DNA from: an uncultured Chloroflexia bacterium
Lineage (GTDB): Bacteria; Chloroflexota; Limnocylindria; Limnocylindrales; CSP1-4
NCBI GenBank assembly: GCA_963720965.1
Contig: CAVRHD010000007.1
Coordinates: 49,442 to 113,441, forward strand
DNA: 64,000 nt
Reading direction: 5' to 3'
Notes under the pieces: model-generated
What the model saw: only the letters and a program-made list of their open reading frames with translations
Databases searched by the model: none
What the model was told of the DNA's origin: nothing
In this document: in pieces, positions 11,250-21,900 of the stretch
Layout of the letters: every line of letters begins with the position of its first letter
Position numbering within the stretch: the stretch's first letter is position 1
Translations under genes and position numbers: made by a program

Positions 11250-12743
11250 CTACTGGGCGGGCCAGCTGTCGTCGATGGCCTTCAGGATCGAGTCGGTGTT
11301 CGACCCGTTGTTGGTCACCCAGTCGACTGACTTGGTCCAGAACGTTCCGGCGCCGACGGCCGCGGGCATCGAGTCCGATGCGTCGAAGCCGATCCCGGAA
11401 GCCGTGCTGAGGACCGTATTGGCGACCTGGAGCTTGTAGGCCCCGGCGTACCAACTGGCTGGGGTGGTGGTGTTCGGGGAGATTGCGCTGCCGGCCTCGA
11501 TCCAGCGCTGGAGACCCTGGGGCGTGCCCAGGAACTCCTCGACGGCACGGACTTCGGGCCGGTCGGCGAGCATGAACATGGCGTCAGCCGAGCCTTCAAC
11601 GTTGGCCTGGCTGGGGTCGATGGTCGGGAACGGGAAGATCCCGACGTCCTGGCCCACGACGTACTGGGAGGGGTTGCCGCTGGCTCGCTCGTCCGGGAAG
11701 AAGTCCGGGCCGTACCAGGTCGGGACCTTCTGCATCCAGCACTTCGGGGCGGCCATGTTGTTGTTGAACATGGGATCCATGGTCGTCTTCTGGTCGGTAT
11801 TGACGATCGCCTGCGCGCCGCCGTAGACGTAGTTCGGGGTGAAGAAGATCTTGCCGACGTACTTGTCGAAGGCATCCTTGATGCCTGGATCTTCGAAGGT
11901 GACCTTGTGGCTGATCCAGTCGTTGTAGTACTGGAGGCCCTTGGTCTTCAGGACGACTTCCTCGACCCAGTCGGTGATCTGCCAGCCGGTCGCGTCGCCG
12001 GGGCCGCCGGCGCTGATGCACCATGGGTTGCTGCCGGCCGCGACGATCTTGTCGGACAACGCGATCAGGTCATCCCACGTCTTCGGCACCTGGTAGCCCG
12101 CGGCGGCGAACGCCTTGATCGGATACCAGATCGTCGACTTGACGTCGGCCTTGTACGGGAGGCCCCAGATGTGGGCGCCCGAGGTGTACAGGCCGATCGT
12201 CGCCGGATAGTTGGTCTTGAGCTTGGCCGGGTCCATGAACGTGGCGAGGTCGATCACCTTGCCCTCGGCCCCATAGGCGAGGATCCCGGTCGGCTGGGCA
12301 AGCTGGGCGATATCAGGCGGCGCGCCGCCCTCGATCCGGGCCTTGAGGACCGTCTCGTGGCTGGTCGGGACGCTGTCGACCTGGATGGTGATCCCGGTGG
12401 CCTTCTGGAAGTCGGCCAGCGAGTTCTGGAAGTTGGTCAGCTCGCCCTGGGTCCACTGGACCTGGATCGAGACCGTCTTGCCCTTGTAGGGCTGGCTCGA
12501 ACCGAGCGCGTTGTCGAGCTCGGTGAAGCCGGTCGGGACCGCCGGAATGGCTGCCGCGGGCGCGGCTGAGGCTGCTGCGCTGGGCGCCGCGGCCGACGCC
12601 GCTGTGCTGGGCGCGGCGGCCGACGCGGGCGGCGTCGTGGCCGACGCGGCCGGCACCGGCGTCGTGCTGGCCGAGCATGCGCCGACGAGCACCATGACGA
12701 CGGCCACCAGGCCGGACGTCCTCCGTAATCTCCGATTCATCAA
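11250..12743 (-). CDS. Extracellular solute-binding protein (family 1) of a sugar ABC transporter; lipoprotein
   Basis: Signal peptide with lipobox 'LVGAC', Ala/Pro-rich linker, intact 497 aa; RBS GAAGGAGGAGG before the ATG. With the two permeases and NagZ it resembles NgcEFG/DasABC-type GlcNAc/chitobiose importers. Confidence 0.8.
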   Translation of the reverse strand: MMNRRLRRTSGLVAVVMVLVGACSASTTPVPAASATTPPASAAAPSTAASAAAPSAAASAAPAAAIPAVPTGFTELDNALGSSQPYKGKTVSIQVQWTQGELTNFQNSLADFQKATGITIQVDSVPTSHETVLKARIEGGAPPDIAQLAQPTGILAYGAEGKVIDLATFMDPAKLKTNYPATIGLYTSGAHIWGLPYKADVKSTIWYPIKAFAAAGYQVPKTWDDLIALSDKIVAAGSNPWCISAGGPGDATGWQITDWVEEVVLKTKGLQYYNDWISHKVTFEDPGIKDAFDKYVGKIFFTPNYVYGGAQAIVNTDQKTTMDPMFNNNMAAPKCWMQKVPTWYGPDFFPDERASGNPSQYVVGQDVGIFPFPTIDPSQANVEGSADAMFMLADRPEVRAVEEFLGTPQGLQRWIEAGSAISPNTTTPASWYAGAYKLQVANTVLSTASGIGFDASDSMPAAVGAGTFWTKSVDWVTNNGSNTDSILKAIDDSWPAQ

Positions 12744-12802
12744 TTCCTCCTCCTTCGAACGACTCTGACGTTGCGTGACGATTGGGCTCCATCCTTTGGG
12801 CT

Positions 12803-13853
12803 TCAGGCCAAGGACGCGCGTGCGACCACCTCCTCCTCGATGTCTTCATGCTGCGGTTTGGGCGTTTCAGTCAGGATCAGGCTTCGCGCCAGGGCGACGC
12901 CGCCCCGGGCGACAGCGTCGAACTGCGCCGGGAGTGCCCGGACCGAGCCGGGCGGGATCATCAGCGCGACCAGGGCCGACGCGGAGCGCGCTCGATCGAG
13001 CTCGGCCGCAATCGGGTCGAGGAAGGGCGCACCGGCAGCGGCCACGCCGCCACCAAGCAGGACCAACTCGAGGTCGCAGGTGAGCATCAAGGCCTCGATG
13101 GCGTGAGCCAGCGTCCGGCCGGCTTCATGGGCAACCGCCAGGGCAATCGTATCGCCTGCGGCCGCCGCTTCATAGACTGTCTTGGCCGTGATCGTGGGGA
13201 TGGACGTGAGCATGGGATGGGCCGCCGCCGGCGTCCCCGTCGCCAGCGCAGACGCCAGGGCAGCCGCGGCTCGCCGGGCGATGAACGGCCCCGACGCGAC
13301 CGTTTCGATGCAGCCCCGCTGGCCGCACCGACAGACCGCACCATCCGGTTCGACGATCGCGTGACCGATCTCGCCGGCCATCCCTCGATCGCCCTGGTGG
13401 AGCCGGCCGTTGAGCACCAGGCCGGCCCCGATGCCGGTCCCGACCGCGACGTAGGCCAGGCTGCGAGCGCCCCGGGCGATCTCGTGGCCGACCAGCCCGG
13501 AGGCCGCCAGGCCGACGTCGTTCGCGACGCCGCAGGGCACCCCGAACTCGTCCCGGATCAGCAGGGCGAGGGGCAGGTCCTGCCAACCCAGGTTGGTTGC
13601 CAGGACGACGATCCCGGCCACCGAGTCGATCCGGCCCGGAACACCGACGCCGATCGCGGCGAGGTCAGTGGCGCCTGGCGCCGGCCTCCTTGAGGGCCGC
13701 GCGGACCGCAGCGACGATCGGCTCGATCCCGGTCTCGGAGCGACCGGCCATCGGCTGGACGGCGCGACCCCGGGTCTGGCCGGCCTCGTCAACGACGAGC
13801 GCCGCGACTTTCGTGCCGCCAATGTCGAGCCCGGCAACGAGGGAACCGCTCAC
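12803..13853 (-). pseudogene. ROK-family sugar kinase (N-acetylglucosamine kinase/glucokinase-like), one frameshift near 13670
   Basis: N-terminus 'LVAGLDIGGTKVAALVVDEAGQ' (13665..13853 frame) then 'AIGVGVPGRID...GIGAGLVLNGRLHQG...CRCGQRGCIETVASG' (ROK zinc motif) in the 12803..13837 frame. Confidence 0.75.
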
Positions 13854-13904
13854 GCCGGGATCGCCAGGTCGGCCGGACCGGGCTCGCCCGCGAGCGGGGC
13901 CTCG

Positions 13905-15083
13905 TCAACGGCATCCGGCGGCAGTCCGGCCAGGCTCAGTCCCAGCTCCCGCGTCATCAACAGCGCGGTGGCTCCGAGGACCACGCCATCGGCGTGCAGC
14001 CGGCCGATCTCGATCGTGGTGTCCCTGGCCAGGAGCCCGAGGGCGCTCGCCTGCCATCGTCTCGCGGACGGCGTTGAGCCAGGGCTCGCCAAACTCGGCC
14101 GCGCTGCCGACCAGCACGATCCGCTCGACATTCAGGACGCCGATCAGCCAGGCGACGGCCACCCCCAGCTGACGTCCGGCGGCGACGACGACGTCGCGCA
14201 CGAGCGGGTCGCCGGCCTCGAGTGCGGCAATGGCGTCGGGCAGCCGGCTGATGCCATGACCGGCCAGCCGGCCCAGGATGGCCCGGGTGCTGGCGATCGT
14301 CTCGAGGCAGCCCCGCCGGCCGCAGCGACAGGCGTCGCCGCCGGGCTGGACCGTCATGTGGCCGATCTCACCGGCGCCGAAGCCGTCGCCCTGGAACAGC
14401 CTCCCGCCCAGGATCAGCCCGGCGCCGATCCCTTCGCCGACCTTGACGACGACGAGATTCGAGACCCGCGGCCCGCCGAATACGTGTTCGGCGAGGGCGG
14501 TCGCCTGGCTGTCGTTCGCGACGTAGACCGGCAGGCCGGTCCGGGCCTGGAGGAGCGCGCCCAAGGGGCAGCCCGTGCCAGTCGAGGTTGACCGCCTCGA
14601 GGACCGTCCCGACGGTCGTGTCGATCAGCCCGGCGGTTCCGATCCCGATCCCGAGGATCGGCCGGTGGGTTCGGGCGAGCAGCCGGTCGACCAGGCCGAA
14701 GACGCGTTCGAGCGCCTCGTCGCCATCGCGGTCGTCGACGACCACCTCGATGGCCGAAACGATCTCGCCCGCGCAGGTCGACGATCGCCCCGCGGAAGAC
14801 GTTCTCGCCGAGGTCGAGCCCGACGAGGTGACGGGCGTCATCGGTGAACGGCGAGGAGGATCGGGGCCTTGCCACCCGTCGACGGGCCGCGCCCGATTTC
14901 GCGGGTGAGGCCGTCGCGGATCAAGTCGGAGACGACGTCCGAGACCGTGGTCCGGGTGAGACCGGTGGAGCGAGCCACTGCCGCACGGCTGATCGGCCCG
15001 CGGTCATAGATCGTGCCCAGGACAAGCCGCGAGTTGTGGGCTCGTGTTTCCTGGTGGGTGGCCTTGCCCGAACGTTCGATCAC
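13905..15083 (-). pseudogene. ROK-family transcriptional repressor (NagC/Mlc-like: N-terminal wHTH plus sugar-kinase-like domain), at least 3 frameshifts
   Basis: HTH 'NSRLVLGTIYDRGPISRAAVARSTGLTRTTVSDVVSDLIRDGL' (frame 14838..15446), 'HLVGLDLGENVFRGAIVDLRGR', 'ILGIGIGTAGLID' and the C-terminal 'GIGAGLILGGRLFQG...CRCGRRGCLETIAS' lie in different frames. Probable GTG start near 15083. Confidence 0.7.
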
Positions 15084-15113
15084 GCGAATGCCGGCCCTCA
15101 CCGCCGTGTCGGT

Positions 15114-15158
15114 CTTTGTCAAGACACTGGACAAACGGAGCGTACGACCTTTGTCAAG
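15114..15158. promoter_or_regulatory. Divergent promoter/operator region between the ROK repressor and nagA: two direct CTTTGTCAAG 10-mers (15114, 15149) and an inverted TTTGTC-N9-GACAAA element containing GACAAACGG
   Basis: Sequence ggtCTTTGTCAAGacacTGGACAAACGGagcgtacgacCTTTGTCAAGag. On the minus strand each 10-mer reads CTTGACAAAG, i.e. contains a -35-like TTGACA. Local coordinates may be off by 1. Confidence 0.45.
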
Positions 15159-15257
15159 AGCCCTTACGAAGTAGGCGCACGTCGCTCGATCCGGCGAGGC
15201 ACAATCCCGGGATGGCATCCCCCGATCGAGTCCGAGCGACGCCTCGCAGGGACGTTC

Positions 15258-16452
15258 GTGGTGGGTGATCGTGTCGTGCCGGGCGAGATCGCGATCAGCG
15301 CCGGACGGATCACCGGCTGGTGGTCGGCGAGTCGGCGACGCCTCGACCAGGTCCGACCCGACTGCGAGCGCAGTGGCAGGATCGTTCGCGAAGCTGTGGC
15401 CGCGCCGTTCGTCGTCGCCCCCGGCTTCATCGACGTCCACGTTCACGGCGGCGGCGGGGCCAGTGCGATGGACGGACTGGCGCAGCTCGACCGGCTGGCC
15501 AGCTTCCTCGCTGTCCGCGGGGTCACGTCCTTCCTGCCGACGTCAGTCTCGGCCCCGCTCCCCGAGCTCGCTCGAATTCGTCGCCGATGTGCGGGCCGCC
15601 CGGATCGAGCAGGAGGGTCCTGGATCGGTCACGGACCGACGACCGGCGCGGGCTCGAATCCTCGGAGCCAGCCTCGAGGGCCCGGCGATCGACCCAGCCC
15701 ATCACGGCGCACACGACCCGGCGACGATCATCGATCCGGCCACGCTGCTGGCGGCATGGCGAGCCAGGCCGACCGATTGGGCAGAGGTGCGGATCGTCAC
15801 CCTGGCCCCCGAGCGTCCGGGTGGGCTGGCGCTCGTCCGTCAGCTGGCCCAGCTCCGGGTCATTGCGAGCCTGGGGCACAGTGGCGCAACCTTCGACGAG
15901 GCTCGGGCGGCATTCCAGGCGGGCGCCCGGTCGACGACCCACCTGCTCAATGCGATGACCGGCATCGGGGCCCGTACCCCGGGCCTCGCCGGTGCCGCGC
16001 TGGCCGATCCGCGGGCGACCGTCGAGCTGATCGCGGACGGTGTCCACGTTGATCCCGGCCTGTGGCCGGTCCTCTGGAGCGTGCTCGGACGACGGCTCCT
16101 GCTGGTCTCCGACGCGATGCCGGCTGCGGGGCTCGGCGACGGGACGTACCGCCTCGGGAGCCTGGCAGTGTCGGTCAGCGACGGTCGAGCCCGGACCGCC
16201 GCCGGATCACTGGCCGGGAGCACGATCAACGTGGGCGACGCCGTGGTGAACCTGGTCGAGGCCGGGCTTTCGCTGCCGCGGGCCGTCGCCGCCGCCACGG
16301 TCACGCCGGCCACGCTGCTCGGTCGTCGGGACCTCGGTCGGATCAGGGTCGGCGCGCGGGCCGATCTCGTGGTCCTGGACCCGGCTGGGCGCGTCCAGCG
16401 AACGATGATCGACGGCGAGTGGCTGGCTGAGCGGGCGCCCCTCAGCGGGTGA
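15258..16452 (+). pseudogene. nagA: N-acetylglucosamine-6-phosphate deacetylase, one frameshift near 15580
   Basis: 'PGFIDVHVHGGGGASAMDG' in frame 0; 'IASLGHSGATFDEARAAFQAGARSTTHLLNAM...ELIADGVHVDPG...LVSDAMPAAGLGDGTYRLGS' in frame 1. Start position approximate. Confidence 0.75.
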
Positions 16453-17510
16453 GGGTCACCTTGCTCAGCCCCTCGGGTCGGTCCGGACTCAAGCCCAGGC
16501 TGACTGCCACGGCCTCGGCCAGGAGCTGTCCGGGGAGGACGAGCGCGAGTGGGGTGAGGCACTCGGGCAGGTCCGCCAGGGCCGCCAGCACCAGCATCGT
16601 CCCGGAGTCGCCGGAATGCGAAGCGCCCAGCTCGGGCCCACCGATGGTCCACGGCTTGGCTCCCGCCGCGCGAGCCCGGTCGATCGCCGGGATCGATCGC
16701 GGACCCCATCGGGCCATCCGGTCGAAACACCAGCGCCGGGATGTCGGAGGCGGCCAGGGCGATCGGACCATGCTCGAAGTCGGCGCTCGAATAGCCCTCG
16801 GCGAAGACGTGCCCGGTCTCCTTCAGCTTCAGGGCGGTCTCGAGGGCCGTGGCCAGGTTGAAGCCGCGCGAGATGACGAGCGCCCGGCCCGACCCGGCGA
16901 TCGCTCCGACGAGATCGGCACCGGGACCGCCACGCCAGGCCAGCGTCGCCTCCAGCGTTTGGCGGAGCACCTCCGGGACGCGTGGCAGGTTCGAGGCGAG
17001 CGCGGAGTCCGGGAGCAGGGCAGCGACGATTCCGGCCACCGCCGCGAGCTCGGCGACATAGCTCTTGGTGGCCGCGACCGCGAGCTCGGGTCCCGCCCGA
17101 CAGGGAACCGTGAGCTGGGCGGCGGCCTCGAGCGGCGAATCGGCCGTGTTCGTGATCGCCACGGTCAGCGCTCCGCCCCGCCGGGCGGCCTCGAGGACCG
17201 CGACAAGATCGGGGCTGCGGCCGGACTGCGAGAACGCGAGGAGCAAGCTGTCCGACCAGTTGGTCGTCGCACCGTAGATCGTCGTGACCGACGGCGAGGC
17301 CAGGGACACCGGCCAGCCGAGCTGGGTCTCGATCAGGTATCGAGCGTAGATGGCTGCGTGGTCCGAGGTTCCACGAGCAACGATCGAGACCCAGCGAGGC
17401 TGGGCCGCCCGAACGGCATCGACCACGGCCGCCAGTGCAGGCGAGTCGAGGACCAGCTGGTCTTCGACCACCTTGGGGATCTCTCGAATCTCCTCGGCCA
17501 TGATTGTCAT
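16442..17510 (-). pseudogene. SIS-domain glucosamine-6-phosphate deaminase/isomerase (AgaS/NagB-II-like, two SIS domains), frameshift near 16735; 3' end overlaps nagA convergently
   Basis: 'VSIVARGTSDHAAIYARYL', 'LLAFSQSGRSPDLV', 'AITNTADSPL', 'ALVISRGFNLATALETALKLKE'. The C-terminus 'AIDRARAAGAKPWTIGGPELGASHSGDSGTMLVLAALADLPECLTPLALVLPGQLLAEAVAVSLGLSPDRPEGLSKVTLTR' lies in a second frame. Confidence 0.7.
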
Positions 17511-17626
17511 CCGGGAGATGATCGCACCCGGCTCTCAGCGGGATCTGGTCGTCGCGCCGCCCGAATTGACAAACGGCGGGATGAGGGCAGGCTAGCAATG
17601 GACCAAATGATGGAGCTTCGTGCCTG

Positions 17627-18967
17627 ATGACTGAGGGCCAATCGTTCCACGGCGCGCCGCGCGCCAGCGGCCGGCGGGACCTGCTCGTCGGCCTGGCCTT
17701 CGTCCTGGTCGTGGCCGGGATCGGACTGGCCATCGTCAAGCCGTGGGGGGACACCCCAAGGCCTGCGGCTTCGGCCGAGCCCGGCGTCGCCGCGGCGAGC
17801 CCATCTGGGGCGTCGGCAAGCGCCCCGCCGATCGCCCTGGCGACGCCCCAGCCTCACCGGCTGCCGGTTGCATTCACGGCTCCGGCGCCGCAGGGATCGT
17901 CGGCCTGGGCCGGCCTCACCTGGCGCCGCCTGGCGCCGGACGACCCGCTCGGCGCCGTCCTGACCGAGGTGACCGCCGGCGGAACGTCCATCGCGATCGG
18001 CGACATCCCGGGGACGACCTCGACGACGGTCTGGTCCTCGACCGACGCGACGCACTGGGATCCGATCGAGGCCAACACCCCGACCACCTTCTGGCCGAAC
18101 CTCTCGATCATCGGCCTGGCGGCCGTCACGGGCAGGTTCGTCGCCGTCAGCGAGATGAACGACTACCTGATGCGCGATCTCCCGCCGGTCGTGGCCTGGG
18201 CCTCGACCGACGGCCGGAGCTGGACACCGACGGAGGCCCTGCCGGTCGACCCACTCTCGATCCCGGCCAATTCCGCAACACTCGTTGCCGCCGGACCGAA
18301 CGGCCTGGTCGTGGCGACGACCGGACCCGACGCACGTCTCGCCACCTCGCCCGATGGTTCGAATTGGGTCCTCTCGCCACCGAACGTCTTACCGGCCGGC
18401 TTCGCCCTCGACGACCTCGAGGGCAGTGCGACGGGCTACATTGCGATCGGGAGCTCGACAAGGGGCGCCGGTCCGAGCCGGGCGGCCGCGCTCTGGTCGG
18501 CCGACGGCCGTCACTGGCCGAAGACGCCGACCCTCCTGCCCACATCAGCACCGGGCTCCGGATCGGCGGCGTTCTCGAACGCGCTGACGCTCACGGTCGG
18601 CGACCAGGGCATGATCGCTGCCGGGATCGGCGGCACCCTGGCCGGAGCGCTGTGGTGGCGTTCCGCGGACGGCCAGCACTGGCAGGCGCTCCCGGGGTTC
18701 CCGCCCATTGGGGTCACGAAGTGTGGCGGCGCGAGCTGCGGCCTCCAGCCGAACGGCACGCTGTTCGGGGACGGGCATCGGCTGGTCGCTCTCCGCACCG
18801 GCGCCGATGGAGTGGGCTGGGTGTCGAATGATGGCGAGCGGTGGGCGGCGCTCAGCTTCTCGGGCGACGTCCCGGATGCGCAGGCGACGCAGGCGACACT
18901 GCTGCCCGGCGGGGTCCTGCTCTCGAACGGCACGACCACCTGGTTCGGCCAGGCCGAGGGACACTGA
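17627..18967 (+). CDS. Membrane-anchored BNR/Asp-box repeat (beta-propeller) protein
   Basis: N-terminal TM anchor, Ala/Pro linker, then six S-x-D-G-x-x-W Asp-box repeats (STDGRSWT, SPDGSNWV, SADGRHWP, SADGQHWQ, SNDGERWA, STDATHWD). Intact 446 aa. Confidence 0.7.
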   Translation: MTEGQSFHGAPRASGRRDLLVGLAFVLVVAGIGLAIVKPWGDTPRPAASAEPGVAAASPSGASASAPPIALATPQPHRLPVAFTAPAPQGSSAWAGLTWRRLAPDDPLGAVLTEVTAGGTSIAIGDIPGTTSTTVWSSTDATHWDPIEANTPTTFWPNLSIIGLAAVTGRFVAVSEMNDYLMRDLPPVVAWASTDGRSWTPTEALPVDPLSIPANSATLVAAGPNGLVVATTGPDARLATSPDGSNWVLSPPNVLPAGFALDDLEGSATGYIAIGSSTRGAGPSRAAALWSADGRHWPKTPTLLPTSAPGSGSAAFSNALTLTVGDQGMIAAGIGGTLAGALWWRSADGQHWQALPGFPPIGVTKCGGASCGLQPNGTLFGDGHRLVALRTGADGVGWVSNDGERWAALSFSGDVPDAQATQATLLPGGVLLSNGTTTWFGQAEGH

Positions 18968-18987
18968 CCACTCGCGAAAGGCGCCAC

Positions 18988-21900
18988 TCAGCTGGCGCCC
19001 GCCACGGCCTCCGGCAAGGGCACGGCAATCGCCCCGAGGCCGGCCAGGATCGTCGCGGCTTCATGAGCCTCCTCGACGGCTTGGACGTCATCAGGCGCGA
19101 GGAGGATCTGTCTCGACCGCAAGGTCGTGGCGACCTCGAAGCTCGCGCCGAGCCCGCGGGCGATGCCCAGGCTCGCCTCGAGGTGAGCCCGGGCCGCCTC
19201 GGTCTCGCCGAGCTCGAGGGCACACCAGCCGAGCGTCCGCTCGAGCTGGGTTTCCTGCAGGCCCGCATCCGACAGACGCACTCGATCGAGCGTCTCCCGG
19301 GCGACCGATTTCAGCTTCGGCCGGCCGGCCGGCCAGGGCCAGGCACTCGGCGACCCGGGTCCGGGTCTCGTCGACGTACCCGGCGGCCCCGATCCGCCCG
19401 AAACGCTCGACTGCTTCAGCCAGGATGACGAGGCCTTCGTCGTGCCGGCCGGCCCGGGCGGCAACCCGCCCGAGATTGCTCGTGGCCAGGGCGATCCCGA
19501 TCTCGTAGCCGGCCGCCCGCCACACTCGGAGGGCATCTCCCAGGAGCGCCTCCGCTGCCTCGTAGTGGCCCTGGTCGGACAGGATCTCGGCCTCGTTGTT
19601 CGACTGGACCGCAGCGTTTGCCACGTCGCCGGCCCGCGTCTTCGCCTCCTTGCTCCGGCCGTACAGGGCCAGGGCCTCATCCCAGCGGCCTTCGAAATAG
19701 GCTTCGATCCCGAGATTGTTCAGGACGTTTCCCTGGCCGACGAGGTCACCCAGCTCCTCGTAGATCGGCAGGGGAAGGTCGCGATAGCGGGCCGCTGCCT
19801 CGGCATTGCCCAGGACGCCGTAGGCCGCGTGAAGGAGGTAGTACGCGTGGGCCAGGAGGGCTCGGTCACCGACCCGGTCCGCGGTGGCCGCAGCCGGAAT
19901 ACAGACCCGGACGCAGTCGGCCCAGCGACCCTGGCGAAAGCGGATCCCGGCCCGATCGAGCATGAGCCGGATGCGCAGCGACTCGACGCCGTCGCCCTGC
20001 GCCCCATCGAGCCGGTGCTGGCCCCGGGTGTACCAGGCGAGGGCCCGGCCATAGTGCCCGGCCCGCTCGCAGACGATCCCCGTCTTGCGGGCAAGCTGGG
20101 CCTGGACGAAGGCGGCCTCCGGCCCGCCGACGGCTTGCGGGGCAGGGCTCGTGGCCAGGAGGCGGCGCAGGCCGCGGGCCCGGGCATAGCCGGCGAGCGA
20201 TTCGTCGTAGCGGCCGGCCAGCTCGGCCACGTCACCACGGGCCTCGGCGACCGAGGCGACGTCGGCGGGGGCGATTGCCCGGCTGAGCGTGGCGCAGGCC
20301 AGCGCCCGCCCGTAGAGGGCTGCCGCATCGACGTTGGCGTACCGGTCACGGGCCATGTCACCGGCCCGGCGGGCATAGCGGAACGCCGGATCAGGCAGGC
20401 CGCCGCGCTCGAAATGGACCGCCAGGGCGCTCGCGACCACGTCCGTGTCCGAGCCCGCCCGGCGCTCGATCGCCGTGGCCAGCCGGGCATGGAGCGTTCG
20501 CCGGCTGGCGTTAGAGAGGCCCTCATAGGCGGCCACCCGGACCAGGTCGTGGCGGAATCGAACTCGGGTCGAGTCGACCCGGGCAACAAAGTCGTCGAGC
20601 TCGCTCCACGCACCGATGTCGTACGCGACGTCGTCGTCGTCGAGGACCTCGCCGAGCAGCTCCAGGTCGACTGTCCGGCCCAGCACCGCGGCCCGTCGGA
20701 GGAGGGCCCGGCCCCGGCCGTCGAGACGATCGATCCTGCTCGCAAGCAGGGTTTCGAGCCGATCGGGCAGGTTCTCCAGGCTGCCCTGCTCCGCTGCGGC
20801 GGTGGCCAGCTCGCGGGCGAAGAGCGGGTTGCCGGCCGCCCGCTCGATAATCGAGGCGAGGTCGGCGTCGGACAGGGCGTTCGTACCGGAGGCCGCGAGT
20901 GCCACCCGGACTACCGCCTCCGGCTCGAGCGCCGGCAGGTCGATCTGGGTGGCCCCGGCTCCGCCGAACGGACGTCCGTCGGGACGCTGGAGCCCGATCA
21001 GTAGCCACGGTTTAGAGGGTGCGGCCTCGGCCAGCGCTTCGAGCAGGGCGAACGATGCCTCGTCGGCCCAGTGAAGGTCCTCGAGGACCACCACGGCCGG
21101 CGCCCGGAGGGTCTGCCCGAGCAGCTCGACGATCGCGGCATGGAGCTGGCGACGTCGGAAGGCAGGCGCGAGATGGGTCACTTCAACGGATTCGGGAACC
21201 GAGGCCCCGATGGGGATCGCGATCAAGGGCAACCAGCCGATCAGTCCGGGCGCCAGGCCCTCGACCCATTGGCCGAGCTGCTCGCCGGCGGCCGGAGGCT
21301 CCGTCTCGTCGGCGATCCCGGCCAGGTCGCGCAAGCCGGCCTGCACCCCGGCGTAGGGCGTTCCTTCCTCGGCTGGGGTGAACCGCACGACAAGGTGCGA
21401 GGCGATCCGATCGTCCGCCATCAGCTCCTGAACGAGACGAGATTTGCCGGCGCCCGGGTCGCCCGCGATCGAGACCACCCGGCCGTTGCCGAGGGCCGCC
21501 TCGCCGAGGGCGCCGGTGAGCAGCCGCAGCTCGGCATCCCGCCCGGCGAGAGGCAGGCGGGCGGGGGTCCGAGCATGCCGGCCCACGAGGCGGCCGATCC
21601 GGTACGGCACGACCGGGTCGCGCTTGCCCTTCGGGGTGAACGCGGGCAGCGGCTCAGTCTCGAACTCGACCGCCGAGCGGGACAGCACGTCGGCCGTCGC
21701 GAGCAGCTCGCCGGGCGCGGCCCGGGCGGCGATCCGGGCGGCCAGGTTGGTCGTATCGCCCATCGCCGTGTACGTCCGGCGAGACGGCGCCCCGAGATCC
21801 CCGGCGAAGACCGGTCCGCGGTTCACCCCGGCCCGCAGCCGGAGGCCCGCTGCCTCGGGTGAGTCGAGAATCTCGCGCAGGACCCGGAGCATCCGCTCCT

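Noticed and set aside
15840-16441. C-terminal extension of the 556-aa minus-strand ORF (SIS deaminase)
   Set aside because: Beyond a frameshift at ~16735 the real C-terminus is in the 16442..16771 frame; the extension is antisense to nagA.
17743-18831. 362-aa plus-strand ORF overlapping the BNR-repeat gene in another frame
   Set aside because: Alternative-frame read of the same strand with low-complexity R/G/D-rich translation. The BNR frame has coherent Asp-box repeats.
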